64,000 nucleotides of DNA, from NCBI GenBank assembly GCA_964344355.1, contig CAYFNE010000019.1:166-64165 (forward strand), in the 5' to 3' direction. Positions 38,454 to 48,224 of this stretch are shown here, in pieces. Source of the DNA: an uncultured Magnetococcales bacterium (GTDB lineage Bacteria; Pseudomonadota; Magnetococcia; Magnetococcales; CAYFNE01). The notes under the pieces were generated by a model. That model was not told the DNA's origin. It searched no databases and was given only the letters and a program-made list of their open reading frames with translations. The stretch's first letter is position 1, and every line of letters begins with the position of its first letter. The position numbers were made by a program, and so were the translations under genes.

Positions 38454-39938
38454 TCATCCTTTCTCCGCCGGGCCGTCACCGGTGGCCGGGGAATCCTGCG
38501 GATCACTCTCCGAACCGGTCATTTGGGAGTGGACGAGGGGGGTCACCGGTACCGGGGAAACCGCCACCTCCGGCCGGTCGGGATCCAATGCCTCCAAATG
38601 GGCTTCGGTGGAGGGGGCCACCGTTTCCGCCCGTTCCTGTCCGGCCAGACAGACCTGCAGGGTTTTGATGCGCAGGCCGTCCATGGCGGTGACGGTGATC
38701 TGCAACCCTTCGTGGACGGTGGTCTCCCCGACCTTGGGCAGATGGTCGAACATACGGAAGGCCACGCCGCCGATGGTGGTCATCATCGGATCCTCCACGG
38801 AAAAACCGGTCAAATTGTTGAAATCGGTCAAGCGCATGTCGCCGGGAATGCTGTAGGCGTTGTCATCCTCCTCCTGGTACAGCTCCTGCCCCCGGACGCT
38901 GCCGGAAATTTCCCCGAAGATGAACATCAATACATCTTTCATGGTGACGATGCCGGAGACACCGCCGAACTCACCGAGGATGATCGCCGCCCGGGTGTTG
39001 TGTATTTGAAAATAGTCGAACATTTCGTCCACTTTTTTGGTGGGCGGCACGAAATGGGCCGGGCGCATGATCTCTTCAATGGTTTTGTTGGAAAAATCGG
39101 TGTCTTTGCGGATCAGGCGCAAGACGTCCTCGGAGTGGAGGAACCCGATGATGTTGTCCGGATTTTTTCGGGTGACCGGCACCCGGGGGTGCCGAAAACG
39201 GCGAAACTCCTTGACGATATCTTCGACGGGCTGATCGGCATCGATGAAAGTGATGCGGGTGCGTGGTGTCATGATATTGAAAATTTCCGTTTCCGACGCC
39301 TCGATCATATTGTCGATGAGTACCCGTTCGGTGGCTTCGATCACGCCGGTGGCCGCCCCTTCTTCCACCAGGGTGCGAAATTCGTCGGCCTGGAGAATAT
39401 TGTCCTGTTTGACCGCCTCGCCGACGATGAAGGTGGTGATGCGGTCGGCGATGAAACGGACGATGGCCCGCAACGGCGTGATGAGGGCGATCCATCGTGG
39501 CAGCAGGGGAGCCGACAGGTTGGCGGAAAATTTGATCGGAAAGGTGACGGCGAAGGTTTTCGGGGTGACCTCGCCCACCAGGAGCAGAATGGGTACCATC
39601 ACCAGAATGTTGATCCAACCGGCGTCGCTCTCGCTGAAAAAGGTGACGAGAATACCGGCCATGTTGGCGGAGGAGGCGATATTGACCAGTTCGTTGCCGC
39701 ACAGGATGGAGATGATCAACCGCCTGGGTTCGTCGAGCATTTCGTGAATGCTGTCGGACCGGTTGTTGCGGCTGGTGCGCAGTTTTTGCAGGTCCAGGCG
39801 GCTCAGGGAGAACAGGGCCGTTTCCGAGCCGGAAAAAAAGGCCGAGGAGACCAGCAACATGATTTGCAACAGGATCCGGAACACCAGTTCCAGGTCCGCC
39901 GCGGCCATGGAATCCCAAATGAAATGGATTACTTCCAT
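38454..39938 (-). CDS. CNNM/DUF21 + CBS-pair membrane protein (paralog of downstream gene)
   Basis: FFSGSETALFSL and CBS domains. The C-terminal domain is related but extended. Confidence 0.88.
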   Translation of the reverse strand: MEVIHFIWDSMAAADLELVFRILLQIMLLVSSAFFSGSETALFSLSRLDLQKLRTSRNNRSDSIHEMLDEPRRLIISILCGNELVNIASSANMAGILVTFFSESDAGWINILVMVPILLLVGEVTPKTFAVTFPIKFSANLSAPLLPRWIALITPLRAIVRFIADRITTFIVGEAVKQDNILQADEFRTLVEEGAATGVIEATERVLIDNMIEASETEIFNIMTPRTRITFIDADQPVEDIVKEFRRFRHPRVPVTRKNPDNIIGFLHSEDVLRLIRKDTDFSNKTIEEIMRPAHFVPPTKKVDEMFDYFQIHNTRAAIILGEFGGVSGIVTMKDVLMFIFGEISGSVRGQELYQEEDDNAYSIPGDMRLTDFNNLTGFSVEDPMMTTIGGVAFRMFDHLPKVGETTVHEGLQITVTAMDGLRIKTLQVCLAGQERAETVAPSTEAHLEALDPDRPEVAVSPVPVTPLVHSQMTGSESDPQDSPATGDGPAEKG

Positions 39939-40210
39939 AAGCGCTATCCGTGAAAAAAAGATGGTTTATCTATAAATACCCCGTTTGTCCCGACTGTTTT
40001 CCGTTCCGTCCATCCCTTGATGGAAGGGTACGGGTCCGGCGGGAGGCCTTTTTTTTCCGGTATCTTTCATTCTGGCCGGAATCCCGGATGTTCCGCGCAT
40101 GTTGTTGACGGATCGCCAATGAGCGAAGTTTTTTTCCGGTCCCTGTCAAACCGTGTTGCGACCGGGCACCCCCCAAAGGGGCCGAGTCCGGCTTTTGGGA
40201 GGCTCATCAA

Positions 40211-40251
40211 GGAAAACAAGGTTGCCGGATGATCATCCCGGCAACCTTGTT
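40211..40251 (-). terminator. rho-independent terminator of ppk2
   Basis: AACAAGGTTGCCGG-atgatcatc-CCGGCAACCTTGTT, a perfect 14-bp stem. It is followed on the minus strand by TTTTCC and lies 30 nt after the ppk2 stop. Confidence 0.8.
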
Positions 40252-40280
40252 CGAAAGGTGCTGCGAGGTGGGAGCCGGCC

Positions 40281-41120
40281 TCAGTCGATGCCGATCTCTT
40301 CCTGGACGGTACGGATGATTTTTTTGTCGTATTGCAGCACTTTTTTGTCTTTCCCGTCGTAGTTCAACTGGCTCAACATGAAACGGATGCTGTTGATGCG
40401 CGCCTGTTTTTTGCAGTCGGACTTGACGATGGTCCAGGGGCACTCGGCGGTGGAGGAGTAGAAGAACATGTCCTCTTTGGCCTTGGTGTAGTCTTCCCAT
40501 TTGTCCTGGGATTCCTTGTCCACCGGGCTGAGTTTCCACTGTTTGAGCGGGTCGGTGCGGCGTTTGTTGAAGCGGCGCAGCTGCTCCTGTTTGCTCACCG
40601 AAAAATAGAACTTGAAGAGGATGATGCCGGAGTTGACCAGCATGCGCTCGAACTCGGGTACCGAGCGCAGATATTCGCGGACTTCATCCTTGCTGCAAAA
40701 TCCCATGACCCGCTCGACGCCGGAGCGGTTGTACCAACTGCGGTCGAAAAGGCAGATTTCACCGGCGGAGGGCAGATGCTGGACGTAGCGTTGGAAATAC
40801 CACTGGCTGCGTTCCTTGTCGGTGGGTTTGTCCAGGGCGACGATGCGGCAGCCACGGGGGTTGAGGTGTTCCACGAACCGTTTGATGGTTCCGCCCTTGC
40901 CCGAGGCGTCCCGTCCCTCGAAGAGGGCGACGATGCGCAACCCGTTGTCCTTGACCCAGGTTTGCATCTTCAACAGTTCGATGTGCAGGGGGGCCATCTG
41001 TTCCAGATAGATGCCCTCTTTCATTTTTTTGATTTTCGGTGGGGCCGACCGCTGGGCCTGTTGATGTCCCTTGCCCAGAATGATTTTGTCGGCCGTTTTG
41101 CCTTTTTTATCTTTCGCCAT
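40281..41120 (-). CDS. ppk2: polyphosphate kinase 2
   Basis: FEGRDASGKGGTIKRFVEHLNPRG (Walker A of PPK2) and FDRSWYNR. Confidence 0.93.
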   Translation of the reverse strand: MAKDKKGKTADKIILGKGHQQAQRSAPPKIKKMKEGIYLEQMAPLHIELLKMQTWVKDNGLRIVALFEGRDASGKGGTIKRFVEHLNPRGCRIVALDKPTDKERSQWYFQRYVQHLPSAGEICLFDRSWYNRSGVERVMGFCSKDEVREYLRSVPEFERMLVNSGIILFKFYFSVSKQEQLRRFNKRRTDPLKQWKLSPVDKESQDKWEDYTKAKEDMFFYSSTAECPWTIVKSDCKKQARINSIRFMLSQLNYDGKDKKVLQYDKKIIRTVQEEIGID

Positions 41121-41389
41121 TGCCTTTTCTCTCCAGTTGCTAAGAGTGGTTTTCCAAGTGTTTCAGGATGGCGCCGAGTGCCGGGCGGCCCTCCACGCAT
41201 GTTCCGGGCGTAAACTTCCTACCAGGACAAAAACCCGGTGACCCTACTTGATTGGCGGCTGAATGTCCACGGTAAAGGTGACATGAACGGCGGGATCGGG
41301 GGTGGTGGTGGACTTTTGCCGATTTTTCGTGCCATACTCCGGCTGTTTTCCAAACGAATCTTTCTCAATTGAAGGAGTGAGCGTCCATC

Positions 41390-42322
41390 ATGAGCATGCC
41401 CACCATCAGCAAGAGTACGCCCATCCGTGAGGATCAGAGCACCAGTGAGGCGTTCGGGGCGATTTTGCGGCACAATTTCGATTATATGCGCAGCTGGGCT
41501 CCCATCGCCTACAGCCGTGAGGATATCGAGGGGGTTCATCAGGCGCGGGTGGCTTTTCGCCGCATGCGTTCGGCGTTGACCCTGTTCCGCAAGGCCATTC
41601 CCCGGCACATCACCGATCCCGTGGGGACGGAGATGCGGTGGATCGCCAGTGAAATGGGGCCGGCCCGGGATCTCGATGTGTTCATCGACGAGGGGCTGGA
41701 GGAGATGGCCGGGAAAATTCCCATCGCCGATGGCGAAAAAAAGTTGCTGGAGATCGCCATCAACCACCGGGACCGTGCCTATGAGCGGTTGCGGGAGATG
41801 ATGGACAGCGACCGCTATAAAAAATTTCTGGAGGATTTCGACAAATGGTTGACCGACAACGGCTGGTTCCAGGAGGAGATGCCGGCTGAAACCCGTGTGG
41901 CCCTGGGTCGGAACATCCGTCCCTATGCGGCCAAGGTGATGGATAAACGGCTGGCCAAGGTGACCATCGCCGGTTCCAACATCATGGAATTGCCCGACGT
42001 GCAGTTGCACGAGTTGCGCATCGAGTGCAAAAAACTGCGCTATGCCACGGAATTTTTCTCACCGCTGTTCGACCGTAAGGGCATGGCCGAATTCACCGCC
42101 CTGTTGAAGGGCATCCAGGGATTGCTCGGGGTCCTGAACGATGTGGCGGTGATGCCGGGCCTGGTGGAAAAACTGCTGGAAGGGGTCGAGGATCGCCACA
42201 CCATCCAATACGCCGGCGCCCTGGTCGGTTGGCGCGCTCGCCAATACGAAGAGATCCGCGGCCAACTGCAGGGCGCCTGGACCAACTTCGCCAACGCGCC
42301 GTTGCCCTGGTCGGAAAAATAG
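41390..42322 (+). CDS. CHAD domain-containing protein
   Basis: HQARVAFRRMRSALTLFRK and LHELRIECKKLRYATEFF are typical CHAD helices. Confidence 0.88.
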   Translation: MSMPTISKSTPIREDQSTSEAFGAILRHNFDYMRSWAPIAYSREDIEGVHQARVAFRRMRSALTLFRKAIPRHITDPVGTEMRWIASEMGPARDLDVFIDEGLEEMAGKIPIADGEKKLLEIAINHRDRAYERLREMMDSDRYKKFLEDFDKWLTDNGWFQEEMPAETRVALGRNIRPYAAKVMDKRLAKVTIAGSNIMELPDVQLHELRIECKKLRYATEFFSPLFDRKGMAEFTALLKGIQGLLGVLNDVAVMPGLVEKLLEGVEDRHTIQYAGALVGWRARQYEEIRGQLQGAWTNFANAPLPWSEK

Positions 42323-42350
42323 GTTTTTGACGGTCTGTTCGGCACATATG

Positions 42351-42388
42351 AAAAAAAACGGTGAGGCCATTGGCCTCACCGTTTTTTT
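42351..42388. terminator. bidirectional rho-independent terminator
   Basis: AAAAAAAA-CGGTGAGGCC-att-GGCCTCACCG-TTTTTTT, located between the convergent CHAD gene and etfA. Confidence 0.88.
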
Positions 42389-42413
42389 GTGGAGTGGGAA
42401 CGATTTCCTCCCG

Positions 42414-43400
42414 TTATGGTTCATTGGTGGTTCGGTCGGTCCGGTGATCCACCAACGAATCCCGCAACGCCGGCAACACCTCGAACAGATCCCCCTGCAA
42501 GGCGATATCCGCCACCGCCAACAACGGCGCGCCGGGATCCTTGTTGATGGCGACGATGGTCTTGGCATCCTTGATGCCGGCCAGGTGTTGGATGGCGCCG
42601 GAGATGCCGACGCCGAGGTAGAGGTCCGGGGCGATCACCTTGCCGGTTTGGCCGATTTGCCAGTCGTTGGGCAGCAGGCCGGCATCGACGGCGCCGCGGC
42701 TGGCGCCGATGGCGGCGTTTAACCGATCGGCCAGTTCCGTCAATAGAGTGAGCCCCGATTTTTCATCGGTGGTCCCCATCTCCAGGCCGCGGCCACCGGC
42801 CACCACCACCGTGGCCGTGGTTAAATCCGGGCGTTCGTCGGGGGAGTGGCTGAAATCGAGGAAAGTGGCCAGACCGCTCTCTTCAATCATGGGCAGGTTT
42901 TCGATAACGGCCGGTTCCCGCCCGGCCGGGCGGGGTTTGGCGGCGGTGAAGGCGTGGGGGCGCAGGGTCAGGAGCAACGGTGTGCCCGGGGCATGGACCG
43001 TGGCCAGGACGTTGCCGGCGTGGATGGGGCGGACGAAGGTTCGTGAATCGAGAATGTCGACCACATCGGTGACCGGGGCGCTGTCCAGCAAGGCCGCCAG
43101 ACGGGGAATGAGACTGAAACCGGTGCTGGAGTTGGCGGCGATGATATGGCTGAACGGTGCGGCCCGTTCCCGGATGGCCGTGGTCAGGTCTTCGATGGAC
43201 GGAACCCTGTTCGGAACGGGATGAGGACGCCAGACGGTGTTGACCCCTTGCAACCGGGAGGCTTCGGCGGCGGCTTGACCCTCATCGTCGTTCAGTACCC
43301 ATATGGTGACCGGGCCGAGATGGCTGACGGCGGTCAGCAGGTGGGCCGCCGAGGGGTGCAGGGCCTTTTTTCTGCATTCAGCGAGGACGAGAACGGTCAT
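42414..43400 (-). CDS. etfA: electron transfer flavoprotein subunit alpha
   Basis: C-terminal FAD-binding signature (VVAGGRG..., [17 protein letters not shown]). Internal start MTVLVLAE lies 13 nt after the etfB stop. Confidence 0.92.
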   Translation of the reverse strand: MTVLVLAECRKKALHPSAAHLLTAVSHLGPVTIWVLNDDEGQAAAEASRLQGVNTVWRPHPVPNRVPSIEDLTTAIRERAAPFSHIIAANSSTGFSLIPRLAALLDSAPVTDVVDILDSRTFVRPIHAGNVLATVHAPGTPLLLTLRPHAFTAAKPRPAGREPAVIENLPMIEESGLATFLDFSHSPDERPDLTTATVVVAGGRGLEMGTTDEKSGLTLLTELADRLNAAIGASRGAVDAGLLPNDWQIGQTGKVIAPDLYLGVGISGAIQHLAGIKDAKTIVAINKDPGAPLLAVADIALQGDLFEVLPALRDSLVDHRTDRTTNEP

Positions 43401-43413
43401 GGCATCGGTATGA

Positions 43414-44169
43414 TCAGGGGACCAGGCCCCGTGCGTGCAGCTCGGTCGCCAGGGCGGCGGCATCCGGCACCTGGATGCCGGGGGGACGTCGGGGTGGTTC
43501 GGCAATGGTGCGCAGGGTCAACTGGGGTTCCAGGGGCGCCCCCAGGGCCTCTGGTTGCACGGTTTCGATGGGTTTGCGCCTTGCTTTCATGATGTTGGGC
43601 AGGCTGGCATAGCGCGGGGTGTTGAGCCGCAGGTCGACGGTGATGACCGCCGGGAGCCGCAATGACCACCGTTCCAGCCCGCCATCCACCTCCCGGGTGA
43701 CGATGATCCGTGGGTTGCCCGGTTCGAGATCGATTTTCGACGCACAGGTGGCCTGTGCCCAACCCAACAACGCCGCCGTCATCTGACCGGTCTGGTTGTG
43801 ATCGCCATCCACCGATTGCCGGCCGGTGAGCAGCAACCGGGGTGTCTCCCGTCGTGCCAGGGCCGCCAGACATTTGGCCACCGACAAGGGTTCCGGGTCG
43901 GCATCGGCCTCGATACGAACCGCCCGGTCGGCGCCCAGGGCCAGGGCGGTGCGCAGACCGGCTTCCCAGGTGGGGGGGCCGACGCTGACGGCCAGGACCC
44001 GTTCGGCCAAACCCGCCTCCCGCAAGCGGATGGCCGCTTCCAGGGCGATTTCATCGAAGGGGTTCAGCTCCCGTTTCACCCCGTCCAGGTCCACTCCCGA
44101 TCCGTCCGGGAGGTGTCGAACGGGGGTGGTCGGGTCTGGTACGATCTTGACCGCGACCAGGATGTTCAT
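43414..44169 (-). CDS. etfB: electron transfer flavoprotein subunit beta
   Basis: MNILVAVKIVPD...NPFDEIALEAAIRL is a typical EtfB N-terminus. Confidence 0.93.
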   Translation of the reverse strand: MNILVAVKIVPDPTTPVRHLPDGSGVDLDGVKRELNPFDEIALEAAIRLREAGLAERVLAVSVGPPTWEAGLRTALALGADRAVRIEADADPEPLSVAKCLAALARRETPRLLLTGRQSVDGDHNQTGQMTAALLGWAQATCASKIDLEPGNPRIIVTREVDGGLERWSLRLPAVITVDLRLNTPRYASLPNIMKARRKPIETVQPEALGAPLEPQLTLRTIAEPPRRPPGIQVPDAAALATELHARGLVP

Positions 44170-44849
44170 CGACTGGCCAGGGCCTCGATGATCCGGAACA
44201 GCAGTTGGTCGTCGCCACGGGCATGTTTGCCGGGGGTGATCTTGTATTGACCGTTGATGACCAGGGTCGGCGTTGAGTGGACGCCGAAGTCGCGTTGCAG
44301 GGCCCTGGCCTGGGTCACCTTGGCGGAGACGCCGAAGGATTTCAGATAGGATTGAAACTTGCCGCCGTCCAACCCCATGTCTTCGGCCAAAAAGACCAGA
44401 TCACCGGGATTTTCGATGTCGGCGCCCTGTTTGAACTGGGCGTCGAAAATGGCCGCCTTCATCGCCTCGCCCTTGCCGAGAAAATCAGCGGCGAAATAGG
44501 CGCGCAGGGGCATGTCGGTCTGTTTGCCCCAAAAGATGGGCAGGGCCTTGTATTGATAGCGGTCGCCATTTTTTTTCATCCAGGCCACCATCTTCGGAAA
44601 CAGATGGTAACAGTGTGGACATTTGAAATTGAACACCTCCACCACCTCCGGCTTGGTGCCGGAGCGGGGAACCGGCGGGGTCAAGACGTCATAGTGGGTG
44701 CCCTTGATCGGTTCAAAAGCCTTATTGGCGGCCTTGGCGGCGGTTTCGGTGACGGCCGGTTCCGTGGCCGCGGTCGGGAGTGGCCAGCCGAGGAGGGTGG
44801 TCAGCAGCACGGCCAGCGTCAAAAGGGAAAACAGGGTTGAACGGGACAT
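44166..44849 (-). CDS. dsbA: thiol:disulfide interchange protein, DsbA family
   Basis: Signal peptide MSRSTLFSLLTLAVLLTTLLG. Active site FKCPHCYHL. TPTLVING cis-Pro loop. Its stop overlaps the etfB start (ATGA). Confidence 0.9.
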   Translation of the reverse strand: MSRSTLFSLLTLAVLLTTLLGWPLPTAATEPAVTETAAKAANKAFEPIKGTHYDVLTPPVPRSGTKPEVVEVFNFKCPHCYHLFPKMVAWMKKNGDRYQYKALPIFWGKQTDMPLRAYFAADFLGKGEAMKAAIFDAQFKQGADIENPGDLVFLAEDMGLDGGKFQSYLKSFGVSAKVTQARALQRDFGVHSTPTLVINGQYKITPGKHARGDDQLLFRIIEALASR

Positions 44850-44854
44850 CTTCT

Positions 44855-45280
44855 TCACGGCTCCACGATTTCGAAGGTTGAGGTGATTTTGGCGGTTTTG
44901 CCCAACATGGCCGAAGCCGAGCAATATTTTTCTTCGGATAGCTTGATGGCCCGTTCCACGGCTTTTTCCGGGATATTGACGCCCACCACCTTGAAGTGGG
45001 TATGGATGTCCACATAGACCTTGGGTTCGGTTTCGGCCCGGATTCCCCGCAGTTCGGCAATACAGTCGTTGACGCTGTGGCGGCCTTTGCGCAGTATGTT
45101 GAGAACATCGATCGAAGCACAGCCGCCCATGCCGATGAGGAGCAGCTCCATGGGGCGAATACCCATGTTCCGCCCGCCCACCGCCGGACCTCCGTCCATG
45201 ACCAGGGCGTGTCCGGAACCGGATTCCCCCAACATTTGTATCCCTTCGATCAACTTGATGCGTGCAGTGACTTCCGACAT
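44855..45280 (-). CDS. OsmC family peroxiredoxin-like protein
   Basis: PMELLLIGMGGCASIDV and EKYCSASAML (the two OsmC Cys motifs). Start MSEVTARI with a GGGAG RBS; an alternative start lies at 45304. Confidence 0.85.
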   Translation of the reverse strand: MSEVTARIKLIEGIQMLGESGSGHALVMDGGPAVGGRNMGIRPMELLLIGMGGCASIDVLNILRKGRHSVNDCIAELRGIRAETEPKVYVDIHTHFKVVGVNIPEKAVERAIKLSEEKYCSASAMLGKTAKITSTFEIVEP

Positions 45281-45400
45281 GACAGGCTCCCGGCATGAAT
45301 CCATTCAGTGGTGTGGGCGAATTAATGATACCCAATCTCGGTATGGTGCAAAGGTATCTCCCGTTTGGCAAGGCACGTCGAGCAAATTTGGAGCGTAATT

Positions 45401-46492
45401 ATGAAAACCGAAATCCAGGAAAAGAATGCCGCGGCCCTGGCAGCCCTGCTTCAGGGGCGTGAGGGGGAGCGTCATGCGGTGGTGTTGCAGGATTTTCCGG
45501 ATCCCGATGCCATCTCCTGCGGGCTCGCCTACCGCCGCATCGCCGAAGCCATGGGCGTGGAAGCCGATCTGATCTATGGCGGCCGCATCAGCCATCAGGA
45601 AAACATCGCCATGAGCAATCTGCTGGACATCCAACTGGAGTCCTTCAACGACAAGCCGATTCCCAAGGACTATTATCAGGGCAGTGTTTTCGTCGATAAC
45701 CAGGGCACCACCTCCAATCTCACCGATCAACTGGCCGAGCTCGGTGTGCCGGTACTGGCCGTGGTCGATCACCACACCCGGCAAAACCGCCTGGAACCCC
45801 TGCTGTGCGATCTGCGCCCGGAGGTGGGGGCCTGTGCCACTATTTTCGCCCATTACCTGAAAGATGGATTGCTGCCGATGTTGTCCGGACCCCGGCATCG
45901 TCAACTGGCGACGGCCCTGACCTTCGGCATCATCTCCGACACCCGGTCGATGATCCATGCCCATGCCGCCGACTTCAATGCCGCCGCTTATCTGCGCCCG
46001 TTTTGCGACAGCGATCTGCTGGTGGAAATTGTTCATCAGCAGCGCAGCCACCGGGTCATGGAGGTGATCCGTCTCTCCCTGGACAACCGGGTGGTGCGTG
46101 AAGGGTTCTGTCTTTCCGGTGTCGGTACCCTGCGTGCCAACGACCGCGACGCCATCCCCCAGGCGGCGGATTTTCTACTGTCCGAGGAGACGGTCCACAC
46201 CGCCATCGTCTATGGCATGGTCGTCCATGATGACGGCGCCGAATCGATCCACGGTTCCCTGCGGACCACCAAACACTCCCTGATTCCCGATCTGTTCCTG
46301 AAGGAGGCCCTGGGGCGCATGAACAACGGGCTGTTCTATGGCGGCGGCAAGAGCAACGCCGGGGGCTTTGAAATTCCCCTGGGCTTTCTCTCAGGCGAAG
46401 ACAGTCCGGAATTGAATAAATTGAAATGGGACGCCTTCCGCGCCAAGATTCAACGTAAAATATTCGTTCACATCGGTGTCGAGGCCGGTTGA
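45401..46492 (+). CDS. DHH family phosphoesterase (NrnA-like)
   Basis: FPDPDAISCGLAY (DHH motif I/II region), VVDHHT (DHH), and a DHHA1-like C-terminus (GGGKSNAGGF). Confidence 0.82.
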   Translation: MKTEIQEKNAAALAALLQGREGERHAVVLQDFPDPDAISCGLAYRRIAEAMGVEADLIYGGRISHQENIAMSNLLDIQLESFNDKPIPKDYYQGSVFVDNQGTTSNLTDQLAELGVPVLAVVDHHTRQNRLEPLLCDLRPEVGACATIFAHYLKDGLLPMLSGPRHRQLATALTFGIISDTRSMIHAHAADFNAAAYLRPFCDSDLLVEIVHQQRSHRVMEVIRLSLDNRVVREGFCLSGVGTLRANDRDAIPQAADFLLSEETVHTAIVYGMVVHDDGAESIHGSLRTTKHSLIPDLFLKEALGRMNNGLFYGGGKSNAGGFEIPLGFLSGEDSPELNKLKWDAFRAKIQRKIFVHIGVEAG

Positions 46493-47383
46493 ATGGGCCT
46501 TTCCCATCGACGCAAGCCGGCCTGGCTCAAAGTGCCGGCGCCGGTGACACCCGGTTATCTGGCCCTGCGTTCGCTGATGCGGGAGCAGGGGCTCCATACC
46601 GTTTGTGAGTCCGCCTCCTGTCCCAACATGGGGCGGTGTTGGCAGGAGGGGGGGGCGGCCTTCATGATCCTGGGCAACATCTGTACCCGGCGGTGTGCCT
46701 TTTGTGATGTCGCCACCGGCCGTCCCGGACCGGTGGATGCCGATGAACCGCGGCGTCTGGCCGGGGCGGTGGCGCGGATGGGGTTGAACTATGTGGTCAT
46801 TACCTCGGTGGACCGGGATGATCTGGCCGACGGCGGCGCCGGCCAGTTCGCCGCCTGCATCGAAGCCCTGACCGCTGGCGGTTCCGATATCCTGGTGGAG
46901 GTGCTGACCCCCGATTTCCGTGGCAAGCCGGGGGCGTTGGAACGGGTGCTGGCGGCGGGTCCCCGGGTGTTCAATCACAATATCGAGACGGTGCCCCGTT
47001 TATATGCCAGTGTACGACCAGCGGCCGATTACCGGTTTTCCCTGGCCCAGTTGGCCCGGGCCGGGGAGTGGGGGCGAGGGGTGCTCACCAAATCGGGTAT
47101 CATGGTCGGTTTGGGCGAACGGCCCGAAGAGGTGCATGCGGTCCTGGCCGACCTGCGCCGGTCGGGGGTGACGATGTTGACCATCGGTCAATATCTTCAG
47201 CCGGGCCGGGATCACCATCCGGTGGTGGATTACTGGCCGCCGGAGAGGTTCGAGCTCTGGAAACGGGAGGCGTTGGCCATGGGGTTCACCCATGTGGAGA
47301 GCCATCCCCTGGCGCGTTCCTCGTTTCACGCCGAACGGTTGTATGCCACTCCCGCAGGCCGTTCCACGAACTGCGAAAGTTGA
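46493..47383 (+). CDS. lipA: lipoyl synthase
   Basis: [13 protein letters not shown] and [10 protein letters not shown] radical-SAM cluster motifs. Confidence 0.96.
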   Translation: MGLSHRRKPAWLKVPAPVTPGYLALRSLMREQGLHTVCESASCPNMGRCWQEGGAAFMILGNICTRRCAFCDVATGRPGPVDADEPRRLAGAVARMGLNYVVITSVDRDDLADGGAGQFAACIEALTAGGSDILVEVLTPDFRGKPGALERVLAAGPRVFNHNIETVPRLYASVRPAADYRFSLAQLARAGEWGRGVLTKSGIMVGLGERPEEVHAVLADLRRSGVTMLTIGQYLQPGRDHHPVVDYWPPERFELWKREALAMGFTHVESHPLARSSFHAERLYATPAGRSTNCES

Positions 47384-47387
47384 GTGT

Positions 47388-48224
47388 TCAAGTATCGGAA
47401 TGAACCGTCCGGGAAAACGCCATGAGTAGTCTGTTAAACGCTCCGGGATCCTCCATATGGGGGCAATGGCCAACGTCAGCGATCCGTTGGACACCACCGC
47501 GCCAAAGATCCCCAAGGGGCAGGTTGTCGATATAGGCGCCGTTGATCATCTCCTCCTTTGTCCCGTGGAGGATGGCGACCGGCGCAGCCAGCCGGCGAAT
47601 GGCAGCGCATTCATCCTTCAACTCTCCCCGGGCCACGGAGGCACCCAGACTGCTACGAAAACGGGGATCGGTGGCTTTGAAGGTGCGGCGCAGATAATTG
47701 GCGATCTCCGAGTTCTTTTTATACAGTTGTCCCCTGGCGAAGGCATCGACCTCGGCGTCGCTGAGTTCCTCTTTGAAAATACCGGGCGTACTGGGATGGG
47801 GTAGAAATCCCTGTTGCATGTAGGCGGGATCCGGCAGGGGCGGTGTGCCGAAGATCATCAACCCCGCAAGATTGGGAAGGCCGGATGCCGATTGGATCAA
47901 CAGATGACCACCGAGGCTATGACCGACATAAAGGGTTGGACCGAGATCCAACCGTTCCGCAACCCGTTGGATGGTCTCGGCCAGTTTGGGAATGGCATAG
48001 GCGGCGATTGCGTCCGAGGCTCGAAAGGAGTTGCAATGACCGGGCAGATCCATGGTCACCAAATGGAACCGGTAGCCCGGTTCTCCCTCCAATTGAGCCG
48101 CATAAGCCTGGCCACTCTGGGAGTTGCCGTGGAGACAAAAAATCGCCGGCCCCGGTGCGGGACTCTCGTAAACGGCAATATCCAGACCGGGGATACGTTT
48201 TGCGGTTGGCATCGTCTTAACCAT
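47388..48224 (-). CDS. alpha/beta hydrolase
   Basis: HGNSQSG and the nucleophile elbow VGHSLGGH. The start overlaps the LuxR gene stop by 8 nt (ATGGTTAA). Confidence 0.85.
   Translation of the reverse strand: MVKTMPTAKRIPGLDIAVYESPAPGPAIFCLHGNSQSGQAYAAQLEGEPGYRFHLVTMDLPGHCNSFRASDAIAAYAIPKLAETIQRVAERLDLGPTLYVGHSLGGHLLIQSASGLPNLAGLMIFGTPPLPDPAYMQQGFLPHPSTPGIFKEELSDAEVDAFARGQLYKKNSEIANYLRRTFKATDPRFRSSLGASVARGELKDECAAIRRLAAPVAILHGTKEEMINGAYIDNLPLGDLWRGGVQRIADVGHCPHMEDPGAFNRLLMAFSRTVHSDT

Noticed and set aside
38109-39953. 614-aa + strand ORF and 280-aa minus ORF (39076..39918) over the CNNM genes
   Set aside because: These are shadow or alternate-frame ORFs. The CNNM/CBS signatures define the real frame.
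44166-45371. 401-aa ORF treated as one gene
   Set aside because: Only the last 227 codons (from MSRSTLFS, signal peptide + CPHC) form DsbA. The upstream part overlaps the OsmC gene in another frame.
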